From Bacillota bacterium (GTDB taxonomy: Bacteria > Bacillota > Clostridia > DSM-8532), in contig JAEYOK010000027.1 of NCBI GenBank assembly GCA_023411795.1, positions 62,609-126,608 on the forward strand: 64,000 nucleotides of DNA. The letters are read 5' to 3'. The position numbers and the translations under genes are program-made. This document shows positions 28,054 to 38,172 of this stretch, piece after piece (position 1 is the first letter of the stretch; each line of letters starts with the position of its first letter). Under the pieces are notes generated by a model. It was not told the origin of the DNA. It did not search any database and saw only the letters and a list, made by a program, of their open reading frames with translations.

Positions 28054-28065
28054 ACCTGTTATTCA

Positions 28066-28413
28066 TTAACAACTTTCTCTCTTTGTTATCATACAATAGG
28101 ACACCTGTTCAGGCAACACCTCAAGGGGATACATTCTTTTTAGCTTCTCAATAATCTTTATAGCCTCATCATCCTGGGGTGAAACCATAAGATATATCTT
28201 ACCGTCGGTCATTAACTTTTCAGGTATTGCTTCATTATAAATCTGCCTGATTAATCCCTCAAGTTTTGAACCGGAGTTATGTGGTAAGTATACAATGAGC
28301 TTAATTCCATTGTCTGCAAATCTAGACTTACATAAACTATTCAGATATAATATTGTATACATAATTCCGACTAAGGCAAAGACAGATAATACTACTAATA
28401 CGAATACTTCCAT
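28066..28413 (-). CDS. Small hypothetical membrane-anchored protein
   Basis: 115-aa ORF with one N-terminal hydrophobic helix (VFVLVVLSVFALVGIMYTILYL). No recognisable motif. Confidence 0.45.
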   Translation of the reverse strand: MEVFVLVVLSVFALVGIMYTILYLNSLCKSRFADNGIKLIVYLPHNSGSKLEGLIRQIYNEAIPEKLMTDGKIYLMVSPQDDEAIKIIEKLKRMYPLEVLPEQVSYCMITKRESC

Positions 28414-28534
28414 TTAGACGCTCCATTGTGTGAGGTTATCCGGTAAGGCAATTATATAAATCCTGCGGGTATCCTTATATTGCTTAATTTATATTATGAA
28501 ATACTACTACAGTGTGTTAATCTGGGGGACTTTC

Positions 28535-29587
28535 ATGCAGAAACTTACGTTAAATGAATTGGAAGCCGGAATGAAGCTTGCCAAGGATGTAATACTTGAT
28601 GATGGCCGTATTCTCCTACTCAAAGGCTTCACTATTAAGACCCGGCATTTAAAAAAACTTATGGCCTATAATGTTCCTTTTGTCACGGTTGAAGACACCC
28701 TGGCTAAACTGGAAGAAATCAGTGAAGAACGTGTATACGAGGATGCCTTTACAAACATAAAGGACATCATGGAATGTATTCGGTATGATGATCAGGTTGA
28801 TATTGCCACCCTCAAAGAAACCGTAAACGAAATGGTTGAGCATATTCTTAATGACGATATGGTTTTCATGACTCTTACCGGAATAAGAGATATTGATAAT
28901 TACACATTCCTTCATTGCGTTGATGTTTGCATATATGCTGTAGTCACAGCAAAAGCTCTCGGGATGAGTAGTGATGAAATTCAAGAGTTAGCGTTGGCCG
29001 CAATTCTCCATGATGTGGGTAAATGTAAGGTCCCTCTTGAGATATTAAATAAGCCCGGAAAGCTTACATATGAAGAATTCGAAATAATGAAACGTCATGC
29101 TATTAACGGCTTAGAGATTACCACCCATCTTCCCGGATTGAATGATAAGATAGCACGGATTATTTGCCAGCATCATGAGAAGTGGGATGGCAGCGGTTAT
29201 CCCCTTGGTTTAAAATCATACGACATCGAGTTGGGTGCTAGGATTATCAGCATAGCTGATGTATATGATGCCCTTACGGCAAATCGGGTATATAGAAAAC
29301 GATTCATGCCCCATGAAGCAGCTGAGTACTTAATGGCGCAAAATGAGAGCCAGTTTGACCCCAGAATAATAAAAATCTTCATAGATAATATTGCCGTATA
29401 TCCTCAGGATATAATAGTCCTTTTAAATACCGGGGAGGTTGCCAAGGTATTACCTTCCAGAGGGATTCCCTCAATGCGTCCTAAAGTTTCGGTCATCACA
29501 AAAAAGGATGGTCCCCCGGTTTTTGACCCATATGAAATTGATTTACGCAATACTCCCACAGTATTCGTAGTTGATATTATAAGCTAA
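28535..29587 (+). CDS. HD-GYP domain protein (cyclic-di-GMP phosphodiesterase family)
   Basis: Contains LHDVGK, HHEKWDGSGYP and DVYDALT motifs. The ATG at 28535 follows GGGGGA; the track ORF begins at 28496. Confidence 0.85.
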   Translation: MQKLTLNELEAGMKLAKDVILDDGRILLLKGFTIKTRHLKKLMAYNVPFVTVEDTLAKLEEISEERVYEDAFTNIKDIMECIRYDDQVDIATLKETVNEMVEHILNDDMVFMTLTGIRDIDNYTFLHCVDVCIYAVVTAKALGMSSDEIQELALAAILHDVGKCKVPLEILNKPGKLTYEEFEIMKRHAINGLEITTHLPGLNDKIARIICQHHEKWDGSGYPLGLKSYDIELGARIISIADVYDALTANRVYRKRFMPHEAAEYLMAQNESQFDPRIIKIFIDNIAVYPQDIIVLLNTGEVAKVLPSRGIPSMRPKVSVITKKDGPPVFDPYEIDLRNTPTVFVVDIIS

Positions 29588-29595
29588 TAAAGAAT

Positions 29596-29888
29596 AGAGT
29601 TCCAAAGAATAAATTTCCTTCCGGAAATTTATTCTCTAAGGGAACTTATTCTTTGTTTCGGTTAGATTGAACCGGAAAATTCCGTTGTTGCGAAGCAACA
29701 GCCGTTGCCCGATTATGCATCGGAAGGAATTTTCTCACAGAGAAAAAGTTCCCTGAGGGGAACTTTTTCTTTGTTTCGGTTAGATTGAAACGGAAAATTC
29801 CGTTGTTGCGAAGCAACAGCCGTTGCCCGATTATGCAACGGAAGGAATTTTCCCACAGAGAATAAGTTCCCCGAAGGGAACTTATTCT
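29596..29888. repeat. Structured intergenic repeat: nested hairpin (29596-29652) followed by two tandem 118-bp units (29653-29770, 29771-29888)
   Basis: The units are nearly identical by direct reading. Each ends in a 13-bp-stem hairpin (AGAAAAAGTTCCC-tgag-GGGAACTTTTTCT and AGAATAAGTTCCC-cgaa-GGGAACTTATTCT). Each also contains GGAAAATTCC...GGAATTTTCC enclosing two small hairpins. Confidence 0.85.
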
Positions 29889-31070
29889 TTATGATTGATT
29901 TCTCAAAATCTCAACCATGTCCAATCTCTCCCAGGTAAAGTCCGGGTCATTTCTTCCAAAGTGCCCGTATGCTGCTGTTTTCCTATAAATAGGTCTTCTC
30001 AGATCCAGCTTCTTAATTATTGCTGCAGGTCTTAAATCGAAGTTCTTTAAAACAAGCTCAGAAATCTTTTCGTCCGATATTTTTCCTGTTCCGAATGTAT
30101 CAATGAGTACCGAAACCGGATGGGCAATTCCAATGGCGTAAGCAATCTGAACTTCAACCCTGTTAGCCAATCCTGCTGCAACTATGTTCTTAGCAACGTA
30201 TCTGGCAGCATAAGCAGCCGAACGATCAACCTTGGTAGGATCCTTTCCTGAAAAAGCACCACCGCCATGTCTTCCCATTCCGCCATAGGTATCTACAATA
30301 ATCTTCCTCCCTGTTAGCCCGGAATCTCCTTTAGGACCTCCTACCACAAAGCGTCCCGTCGGATTTATATAATACTTGGTATCTTTATCAAGGAACTGAG
30401 CCGGTATAACCGGTTTAATAACATGTTCAATAATATCCTTTTCTATTTGGTCATGGTCAACATTATCACCGTGTTGCGTTGATATTACAACGGTATCAAT
30501 GCGAACAGGCTTGTCCCCATCATATTCAACTGTAACCTGACTCTTGCCATCGGGCCTCAGATATTCAAGCTCCCCCTTTTTTCTTACCTCTGCCAGTCTG
30601 GCAGTAAGCTTATGAGCGAGAGATATTGGCATAGGCATTAATTCTGGAGTTTCATCACAGGCATATCCGAACATCATCCCTTGATCTCCGGCACCTATAG
30701 CCTCGATATTGTCATCCATTAAGCTCTTTTTCTTTTCAAGAGCTTCATTAACTCCCATAGCAATATCAGCTGATTGCTCATCTATGGAGGTGAGTACGGC
30801 ACATGTATCGTAGTCAAACCCATATTTCGCCCTATCATATCCGATATCCTTTATTGTCTCCCTTACGACCTTTGGTATATCAACATAACACTCCGTTGTT
30901 ATTTCACCCATGACTAAAACCATTCCTGTTGTTACCGCTGTCTCGCAAGCAACACGGGCATTGGGATCTTTTTCAATAATTGCATCCAAAACCGCATCGG
31001 AAATATTATCACAAATTTTATCAGGATGCCCCTCCGTAACTGATTCTGAAGTAAATAACCTTCTTGACAT
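29889..31070 (-). CDS. metK: S-adenosylmethionine synthase
   Basis: [21 protein letters not shown]..., [12 protein letters not shown] and DTYGG motifs. The start at 31070 gives 393 aa; the longer track ORF runs through the riboswitch. Confidence 0.95.
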   Translation of the reverse strand: MSRRLFTSESVTEGHPDKICDNISDAVLDAIIEKDPNARVACETAVTTGMVLVMGEITTECYVDIPKVVRETIKDIGYDRAKYGFDYDTCAVLTSIDEQSADIAMGVNEALEKKKSLMDDNIEAIGAGDQGMMFGYACDETPELMPMPISLAHKLTARLAEVRKKGELEYLRPDGKSQVTVEYDGDKPVRIDTVVISTQHGDNVDHDQIEKDIIEHVIKPVIPAQFLDKDTKYYINPTGRFVVGGPKGDSGLTGRKIIVDTYGGMGRHGGGAFSGKDPTKVDRSAAYAARYVAKNIVAAGLANRVEVQIAYAIGIAHPVSVLIDTFGTGKISDEKISELVLKNFDLRPAAIIKKLDLRRPIYRKTAAYGHFGRNDPDFTWERLDMVEILRNQS

Positions 31071-31149
31071 AGTAAAATCCTCTCTTTCTGTATAAATGGA
31101 GATGCTAGAGGGCGATGCTACTTTTTCTACTCTAAATATCCTGTAGATA

Positions 31150-31296
31150 TAAAAAATCCCTTCCAATGAAGAGATTACACAATACAAATACTCCTCATCT
31201 GTCAGGATTATCATCCTGCGGGAATTGGCACCATTGCTTTTTACAGCCGGTTGCCGGGTTTCATCGGGCCCAGTCCCTCTACCTCTCTTGATAAGG
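31150..31296 (-). promoter_or_regulatory. SAM-I (S-box) riboswitch with terminator, leader of metK
   Basis: The minus strand reads CTTATCAAGAGAGGTAGAGGGACTGGGCCCGATGAAACCCGGCAACCGGCTGTAAAAAGCAATGGTGCCAATTCCCGCAGGATGATAATCCTGACAGATGAG, matching the S-box core. It is followed by the hairpin TCTCTTCATTGGAAGGGATTTTTT. Confidence 0.9.
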
Positions 31297-31416
31297 TTCC
31301 TTATTCAACTCAAAAAAATGATAACATACAAATTTTTAGCCGTCAAGGACGTTGACAAACTTACAATTATGTAAATATAATTGATATAAGTAAATAACAG
31401 CAAGGGAGTTAATTGA

Positions 31417-31821
31417 ATGAGTAAAATGAAAGATACGGCATTAGACAGCTTCCAATACGCTGTGCAAGAGTTATTGGTTCGAAATAAAAGCATTTTGGAT
31501 GAAATGTCCAAGCTGGAGGACTCCAATGCCCGTATAAACAGAACAATTTCCAAGGCCGTCACTCAATGTGGTTGTATAAAAATTAATGCCTGTAAGCAGG
31601 AATATCCTGAGAACATGGATTTAGAAAGAATTAAAGAATCTTTAAATTCACACTTGGAAGGAAAACTCTGCCCCAATTGCCGTGACATAATTGAAAAGGA
31701 CATCGGGCGTCACTTGTTTTATCTTACGACTCTTTGCAATAATCTTGATTTGAATTTGTATGATATGATTCTAAAAGAATATGATAGACTACAGCTTCTG
31801 GGGAAGTATAGCTTAAGATAG
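31417..31821 (+). CDS. Hypothetical Cys-containing protein (134 aa)
   Basis: Good RBS AAGGGAG. Contains CGC and CPNC motifs. Its 3' end overlaps the radA 3' end by 9 nt (convergent). Family not recognised. Confidence 0.5.
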   Translation: MSKMKDTALDSFQYAVQELLVRNKSILDEMSKLEDSNARINRTISKAVTQCGCIKINACKQEYPENMDLERIKESLNSHLEGKLCPNCRDIIEKDIGRHLFYLTTLCNNLDLNLYDMILKEYDRLQLLGKYSLR

Positions 31822-33177
31822 TGTTTCAGAAAGGGCTTGATTGACGGTGGAAACCATCACAATATCAATGCCCTTTTCAATTCCTGATAAAATATTCTTT
31901 CCCAGTTTAGGTACTATACATCTTTTAAAACCAAGACGTAAGCACTCTGTTATCCTTTTTTCCATTTGGTTTACAGCTCTGACCTCACCTGTTAGGCCAA
32001 CTTCTCCGAAAAATACTGTGGTAGGGTCTATTGCCTTATTTCTAAAGCTTGAAGCAATAGCCGCAATCACACCTAAATCTGCTGCGGGCTCATCCAGCTT
32101 AAATCCGCCCACCACATTAAGATATGCATCAAAGGCATTCAGTTGCATTCCTACCTTTTTTTCCAGAACCGCCATTAGCATTGTCATACGGTTATAATCC
32201 ATTCCGGTGGCCTGTCTGCGCGCCATACCAAAGCTTGTGGCGCTGACAAGAGCTTGTACCTCAACCAATAGAGGACGCGTTCCTTCAATAAGCCCTACGA
32301 CGGCTGATCCCGCTTGATCAGTAGCTCTACCTTCAAGCATAAGCGTAGAGGGGTTTACAACATCTTTAAGGCCTACCGAACTCATCTCAAAAATTCCTAT
32401 TTCATTGGTAGAACCAAAGCGGTTTTTGACTGCTCGTATTATCCTGAAATCCTGGTGGCGCTCTCCCTCAAAATACAAAACCGTATCCACCATGTGCTCC
32501 AACACTCTGGGGCCCGCAATAGCGCCCTCTTTTGTAACATGTCCTACTACAAAAACGGTGATGCCATTTTTCTTTGAAATTCGCAAAAGCTTAGCTGTAA
32601 CATCACGAACCTGGCTCACACTTCCGGGAGCTGACGTTAGTGCTTCCGAATATATGGTCTGAATTGAATCAATAACAATAAAATCAGGCTTCTCTTTTTC
32701 AATCAGCCCTTCTATTCTTTCAAAGGAAGTCTCTGAAACCATAAAAACAGATTTGCTTACAGCATTTAATCTGTCAGCTCTGAGCTTAATCTGCCCTACT
32801 GATTCCTCCCCGGAGACATAGAGCACTCTGCTGGATTTGGCTATTTGAGCGCACACCTGCAAAATGAGGGTTGATTTACCTATTCCGGGCTCTCCCCCAA
32901 TTAAAATAAGAGACGCAGGAACCAGACCACCGCCCAGAACCCGGTCCAATTCAATACTTCCTGTTTTAATTCTGGATGTTTCGAGAATTTCAATTTCTGA
33001 AAGAGACATAAGCTTAGGCAAGGATTGGTCCATGACTTTTAAGGTGTGCTGTGGAGACTCTTCATAGACCTCTTCTATAAGAGTATTCCATTTGGTACAG
33101 GATGGGCATTTACCCATCCAACCGCTACTTTCATATCCACATTCGCTGCAAACATATTTACTGCGAAGTTTTGCCAT
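31813..33177 (-). CDS. radA: DNA repair protein RadA/Sms
   Basis: N-terminal zinc finger CSECGYESSGWMGKCPSC, Walker A GGEPGIGKST, KNRFG motif and a Lon-like C-terminal domain. Confidence 0.95.
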   Translation of the reverse strand: MAKLRSKYVCSECGYESSGWMGKCPSCTKWNTLIEEVYEESPQHTLKVMDQSLPKLMSLSEIEILETSRIKTGSIELDRVLGGGLVPASLILIGGEPGIGKSTLILQVCAQIAKSSRVLYVSGEESVGQIKLRADRLNAVSKSVFMVSETSFERIEGLIEKEKPDFIVIDSIQTIYSEALTSAPGSVSQVRDVTAKLLRISKKNGITVFVVGHVTKEGAIAGPRVLEHMVDTVLYFEGERHQDFRIIRAVKNRFGSTNEIGIFEMSSVGLKDVVNPSTLMLEGRATDQAGSAVVGLIEGTRPLLVEVQALVSATSFGMARRQATGMDYNRMTMLMAVLEKKVGMQLNAFDAYLNVVGGFKLDEPAADLGVIAAIASSFRNKAIDPTTVFFGEVGLTGEVRAVNQMEKRITECLRLGFKRCIVPKLGKNILSGIEKGIDIVMVSTVNQALSETLS

Positions 33178-33200
33178 TGTATTGCCTCTTTCTTATTATA

Positions 33201-34589
33201 CTAGTGCCTTTTCCACTTAACACCCTGAGGTGTATCCATTAGCTCTATACCCATATCTTTAAGCTTATCCCTGATTTCGTCTGAAAGCTTCCAGTTCTTG
33301 TCCTTCCTGGCCTGTTGTCTTGCTTCAATAAGGTGTTCTACCTCGGCATCCAACTCAGGTTCTTCTTGAGCTTTATGCACTGAGTCTTTTACACCCAGGC
33401 CAAAAATGGTATCCATCCTCAAGATTAAATCATAGATATCCTTTGACTTTTCGGGGTATCTGACCATGTTCCATGCTATACCTAACGCTTTAGGGATATT
33501 TAAGTCGTCGTTTACGGCACCCTCGAAATCATTCATAAAGGAATTTAGAACATCCTTTGAAATCTCTGAAGTGCCTTCCTTATGCTGTAGAGCTCCTTCA
33601 ATAAATCTATCATAGGAGACCTGGGATGCCTGCATAACATCCCATGTAAAATTAAGCTTATTTCTATAATGGGCATTTAAGCACATATATCTGAATGCCA
33701 GAGGATTAAAGCCTTTTTCCCGTAAATTGTCTATTGTATAGGCGTTACCCAGGCTTTTAGACATTTTACCGTTATTAACCATCATAAACTCGCCGTGCAT
33801 CCAGTAGTTTACCGCTGTATGTCCTAAGAGCGCTTCAGATTGGGCAATCTCATTTTCATGATGAACCGGAATGTGGTCTACACCCCCGGTATGAATATCG
33901 AATCTATCACCCAGGTACTTTCTTCCCATAGCCGAGCACTCTATATGCCATCCCGGATAACCCATTCCCCAGGGGCTTTCCCATTGCATAATATGTTCTT
34001 TGGGAGCTTTCTTCCATAGGGCAAAGTCAGCCGGATGTCGTTTCTCGTCATTTACCTCTACTCGTGCTCCGGCCATCTGGTCATCCAGATTCAAGCGTGA
34101 TAGTTTTCCATATTCTTCAAACTTCGAAATATCAAAATATATACCATCACTTGTCTCATAAGCGTAACCATTATCCAAAAGCCCCTTAACAAAGGCAATC
34201 ATCTCCTGAATATGGTCTGTCGCCCTTGGAACAATTTCAGGCTTATCAATGTTCAAAGCTACAATATCCCTCATGAACACTTCAGTGTAGTATTCAGCTA
34301 TTTCCCAGGGGGTCTTCTGCTGCTCCCTAGCCCCTTTTACCATCTTGTCCTCGCCATCATCTTCGTCAGACACAAGATGTCCCACGTCAGTTATATTCAT
34401 TACATTTAGAAGATTATAGCCATTATATTTTAGTGTCCTGCGAAGAATATCCATAAAGATATAGGTTCGGAGGTTGCCTATATGGGCATAGTTATATACC
34501 GTAGGCCCGCAGGAATATATGGTCACTTTATCGGGCTTTATTGGGATAAATTCTTCCTTTTGTCGGGTAAGTGTATTATAAATTTTCAT
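33201..34589 (-). CDS. cysS: Cysteine--tRNA ligase
   Basis: HIGNLRTY (HIGH) and KMSKSLGN (KMSKS) motifs. 462 aa. Confidence 0.95.
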   Translation of the reverse strand: MKIYNTLTRQKEEFIPIKPDKVTIYSCGPTVYNYAHIGNLRTYIFMDILRRTLKYNGYNLLNVMNITDVGHLVSDEDDGEDKMVKGAREQQKTPWEIAEYYTEVFMRDIVALNIDKPEIVPRATDHIQEMIAFVKGLLDNGYAYETSDGIYFDISKFEEYGKLSRLNLDDQMAGARVEVNDEKRHPADFALWKKAPKEHIMQWESPWGMGYPGWHIECSAMGRKYLGDRFDIHTGGVDHIPVHHENEIAQSEALLGHTAVNYWMHGEFMMVNNGKMSKSLGNAYTIDNLREKGFNPLAFRYMCLNAHYRNKLNFTWDVMQASQVSYDRFIEGALQHKEGTSEISKDVLNSFMNDFEGAVNDDLNIPKALGIAWNMVRYPEKSKDIYDLILRMDTIFGLGVKDSVHKAQEEPELDAEVEHLIEARQQARKDKNWKLSDEIRDKLKDMGIELMDTPQGVKWKRH

Positions 34590-34604
34590 ATTTTTCTCCT
34601 TATT

Positions 34605-35324
34605 TTAAGCTTCGTGTGACTCTTTTTCTTCATCAATCTCCATATCAGGACACAGCCTTATTTTCATCTTCTTAAAGGCTTCTTCATAAACTGAAAGCTC
34701 TTTTTTTAATCTATCTACCTCACCCCGGATTCTACAGAACTCTTGAGATACCGGATCCGGTGTGTGAATCTGATCCAACTCGAAGCTTTGTCTAATCTTC
34801 TCTCCGGCACGCTTAACGGCTCTTCCGGGAACACCTACCACAGTGGTATCGGACTCTACTTCACTCAAAACAACCGCATTGGCACCTATTTTAGCGTTAT
34901 CCCCTATTTTCATAGGTCCGAGAATTTTAGCTCCACTACTTATAAGTACATTATTGCCAACTGTGGGATGTCGTTTCCCCTTGTCCTTACCTGTTCCTCC
35001 AAGGGTTACACCATGATATATCGTGCAATAGTCACCTATTTCAGCAGTTTCTCCTATCACGACCCCCATACCGTGGTCTATAAACAAGCCCTTTCCTATT
35101 TTAGCACCCGGATGTATTTCTATTCCGGTTCTGTGACGAGCTAACTGAGAGATGGCGCGAGCAATAAAATAAAACCTGTGCTTATGAAACCAATGTGCTC
35201 TTCTATATGCTCTTACTGCTTTATACCCCGGGTACTGAAGAATAACCTGCCAAACACCTCTGGCGGCAGGATCTCTATCAGCTATTGTTTTTGCTTCCTC
35301 ATACCACTTAAACATATCTTCCAC
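34605..35324 (-). CDS. cysE: Serine O-acetyltransferase
   Basis: Hexapeptide repeats with [32 protein letters not shown]. Sits upstream of cysS as in many Firmicutes. Confidence 0.9.
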   Translation of the reverse strand: MEDMFKWYEEAKTIADRDPAARGVWQVILQYPGYKAVRAYRRAHWFHKHRFYFIARAISQLARHRTGIEIHPGAKIGKGLFIDHGMGVVIGETAEIGDYCTIYHGVTLGGTGKDKGKRHPTVGNNVLISSGAKILGPMKIGDNAKIGANAVVLSEVESDTTVVGVPGRAVKRAGEKIRQSFELDQIHTPDPVSQEFCRIRGEVDRLKKELSVYEEAFKKMKIRLCPDMEIDEEKESHEA

Positions 35325-35463
35325 CTAATATGCATTTATGTTCTATCTTATTATGCATCCTTGATAGCAATGCTCAGGCCTTTTTGCTATATCCTATGGA
35401 TATTATATTATAACATCCGGCATTCAGACACAAGAACAAACTACTTTCAAATATATAGTATAA

Positions 35464-35490
35464 GGCAGCGAAAATTGATTCTTCGCTGCC
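35464..35490 (-). terminator. Hairpin terminator downstream of coaW-like gene
   Basis: GGCAGCGAA-aattgatt-CTTCGCTGCC, with a 9-bp stem. The T-tract is only moderate. Confidence 0.5.
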
Positions 35491-35537
35491 TGAATTATAT
35501 ATTACTTACTAAATAATAAACTTAATAGAACCCTTAC

Positions 35538-36359
35538 TTATTTCAAGGGGGTAACAAGAGCCGCTCCGGCTGCAGTGGCATATTCGGCGTGATCTGGAAT
35601 ATGAAAATTAATATTAAATAAATCGGTCAGACCGTCGAATATAGCCTTTGACTGGGGTACATTGGTCAGATTACCTGTGAGTACAACATCGTTTACATTT
35701 TCTTTTCTCGATGCGAACACAGCCATCATACCTATAGTCTGGAACACAAGGTTAATAATACCGAGGGCAACATCGGCTTTTGAGGCAAGGTCACTTATCT
35801 TGCCAAAGTTAGATGCGGTGGTTTCCTTTGTTAAGCCCACAACTTCATCATGAGAGATATCGGCTATTGATAGATCAATATGCTTCAAATCGCCGGTTTT
35901 TGCCATTTCTACAATATCATTAAAATTTCTTATATTGAGCATACGGTTGGAAAGCCCCAATAGGGTTCCGCCTCCTACTCCCGTTCCGCCGATATGTCGA
36001 GCCTTTTCACCATCTGCCATAACGTATGCGGTTCCGGTACCCATACTTACTATTACCGCCCTTTTCAGCTTGCTCAATGACAGGCCGCCCAAACCTATGG
36101 CAAGAAACTCGTCCACCTTGTAGGTAGGAATATTGTATATTTTATCGTCTATGAATGTAGAGCCGACACCTGTCACCATAATATTGTCTATATCGGACAA
36201 CTGTAATTTATTTTCATTTAGGAATCGACCAAAAGCTCCGTAAACAGAGGACAGCGGATCGGTAGCCTTCACCAGTATAGGACTAAATAATTCTCCGTTA
36301 TTTAGCCCCACTATTTTTGTGGTACTACCCCCAATATCAATGCCTATAATCTTCCCCAT
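35538..36359 (-). CDS. coaW: Type II pantothenate kinase (CoaW-like, ASKHA fold)
   Basis: IGIDIGGSTTKIV, SMGTGTA, IGGTGVGGGTLLGL and TASNFG are colinear with my recollection of S. aureus CoaW. Confidence 0.7.
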   Translation of the reverse strand: MGKIIGIDIGGSTTKIVGLNNGELFSPILVKATDPLSSVYGAFGRFLNENKLQLSDIDNIMVTGVGSTFIDDKIYNIPTYKVDEFLAIGLGGLSLSKLKRAVIVSMGTGTAYVMADGEKARHIGGTGVGGGTLLGLSNRMLNIRNFNDIVEMAKTGDLKHIDLSIADISHDEVVGLTKETTASNFGKISDLASKADVALGIINLVFQTIGMMAVFASRKENVNDVVLTGNLTNVPQSKAIFDGLTDLFNINFHIPDHAEYATAAGAALVTPLK

Positions 36360-36406
36360 AAGCTTACTACCTCACTTAGAATTCTTGTGTTTCGTTCTTC
36401 CTTCTG

Positions 36407-37009
36407 TTATCCTTTCGATTTATCTATTTTTTTATATCGAAAATACGCCAGAGATATGGGCATGGTTATTAGCCCACTGATAATTGCTTCAGCAATAGCG
36501 TTTGTTGCAACTACCGACACCAAAATAACCCCAAAGGGCACTCCTGCCTTTTCCACCAATTCCTTTGCATAAACCAGATATAACATTAGGAAAACCAAAA
36601 CAGTATTAGTTATACTTCCTGCCATACCCCCGATAAAGGTACTAATGGTGTTTTTTATGGATGGCTTTCTAATAAGCTTTGATATCCCGAAGTAAACCAA
36701 ATATGCAATCAAACCTATAAAAATTCTGGGGAGAACTGAAATAAGCGGGTTCATAAAGAACGGGTCTAAAATTGTAACAGGTCGTGTAAGGGCATGTATC
36801 CAACCGACAACACCCAATGCGGTTCCCATAATCAACCCTGCAATGGGTCCAAGAACAATTCCTGTAATTATGGTCGGAATATGAATAATGGTTGCGCTGA
36901 TCGCTCCTAACGGAATTGCACCTAAGGGAGTCATGTCCAGAATGATGGTAATGGCCAACATGAGGCCGAGAAAAGTTAAGCTTCTCGGGCTTTTAAAAAG
37001 ATTTTTCAT
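36407..37009 (-). CDS. ECF transporter S component (possibly pantothenate-specific, PanT-like)
   Basis: Polytopic ~200-aa membrane protein. The ATG at 37009 follows GGAGGA. Adjacent to coaW. Confidence 0.6.
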   Translation of the reverse strand: MKNLFKSPRSLTFLGLMLAITIILDMTPLGAIPLGAISATIIHIPTIITGIVLGPIAGLIMGTALGVVGWIHALTRPVTILDPFFMNPLISVLPRIFIGLIAYLVYFGISKLIRKPSIKNTISTFIGGMAGSITNTVLVFLMLYLVYAKELVEKAGVPFGVILVSVVATNAIAEAIISGLITMPISLAYFRYKKIDKSKG

Positions 37010-37278
37010 TTTTTCCTCCGTTCTCATTCCCTAGAAGGGATATGATTCGAATTTGCTTACTGGTAATATGTCCGGCTTTTAAGTTTAAAATGCCGACTGC
37101 AGATATTCTAGCATAATAAATCGATTTGATACAAGAACATATGATACCATAATCAATACCATTGTCTGCATTATTTTTGGTAACTTTTTATATATTAGCA
37201 ATTATGTTTTCTCCATATTTTTTTGTTGTCGAACTATGCTGTTATCTGTGATAAAATGTAATCATAAATTTTAAATGG

Positions 37279-38172
37279 GTGATTATTTTGCATCATGTGT
37301 TTATTGTTAATCCTATAGCTGGCAAAGGCAGAGCTTTACAGATGAAGCCAGAAATTGAGTCCCGATTTAGTAACTTTGCTCATACTTATGAGATTTTCGT
37401 TACAAAAACTCCGGGCCATGCACAAGAAATAGCAAAGGAAGCTGCATACAGTAATGATAATGTGCGGATTTACGCCGTCGGCGGAGATGGAACTCTAAAC
37501 GAGGTTGTCAACGGTATGGCAGGTTCTAAATCAGAGCTTGGTATAATACCTTGTGGCTCAGGTAATGATGCGGCTCGTCTCCTCTATCCGGTGACGGATC
37601 CCATTAAACTTATTAAGGTTCTTCCCGCATCGGATTCGATACCTGTTGATTTAGGTAAGCTTAATGAAAAATACTTTATTAACATTGCTTCCATAGGCTT
37701 TGACGCTGAAGTGGTCATAAACACTAACTATTTTAAAAAAATGCCTTTAGTTTCGGGCTCTACAGCATATATTTTAGGGGTTTTAACCACCCTAATTAAG
37801 TGTAAAAAGCACAAACTTAAAATTACCCTTGATGATAATTCACCTGTTGAAAAAGAGTTTTTACTTTCCATGTTTGCAAACGGTACTTTTTATGGTGGCG
37901 GTATGAAAGCCGCTCCCAGTGCTAAAATCGATGACGGAATATTGGACTTCTATTTAGTAGATTCTCTTCCTCGCTTAAAAATCCTAAAATTCTTCCCCCT
38001 GTTCCAAAAAGGACAACACGAGACTATGAAGGAAGTCGCCCATATCCGGGGAATGAAAGCCCTTGTTGAAAGCGACATTCCCTTTCCTGTAAACGTTGAT
38101 GGTGAGGTCCATATGGAAACCCGCGTTACTATTGAAATTTTGCCCCAGAACATAAACGTAATTATTCCTTAG
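37279..38172 (+). CDS. Diacylglycerol kinase-family lipid kinase (YegS/DagK-like)
   Basis: FIVNPIAGKG, VGGDGTLNEV and GSGNDAAR motifs. GTG start. Confidence 0.85.
   Translation: MIILHHVFIVNPIAGKGRALQMKPEIESRFSNFAHTYEIFVTKTPGHAQEIAKEAAYSNDNVRIYAVGGDGTLNEVVNGMAGSKSELGIIPCGSGNDAARLLYPVTDPIKLIKVLPASDSIPVDLGKLNEKYFINIASIGFDAEVVINTNYFKKMPLVSGSTAYILGVLTTLIKCKKHKLKITLDDNSPVEKEFLLSMFANGTFYGGGMKAAPSAKIDDGILDFYLVDSLPRLKILKFFPLFQKGQHETMKEVAHIRGMKALVESDIPFPVNVDGEVHMETRVTIEILPQNINVIIP

Noticed and set aside
29596-29888. CRISPR array
   Set aside because: There are only two long (118-bp) abutting units with no unique spacers. The repeat is internally hairpin-rich, and no cas genes are present in the window.
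31071-31214. 48-aa N-terminal extension of the metK ORF
   Set aside because: The extension runs through the S-box riboswitch terminator region. MetK homologues start at [11 protein letters not shown].
31305-31562. 85-aa minus-strand ORF upstream of the riboswitch
   Set aside because: It overlaps the well-supported plus-strand 134-aa gene and the metK promoter region, and its composition is low-complexity and hydrophobic.
35325-35537. Possible cysteine T-box leader upstream of cysE-cysS
   Set aside because: I read both strands and found no T-box core (AGGGTGGTACCGCG-like) and no specifier/antiterminator arrangement. Only a promoter-like TTATAAT and an RBS are present.
37028-37278. Possible riboswitch in the 250-bp divergent region upstream of the ECF S-component
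   Set aside because: I could identify no conserved riboswitch core (THI-box, FMN, cobalamin or others). It was left unannotated.
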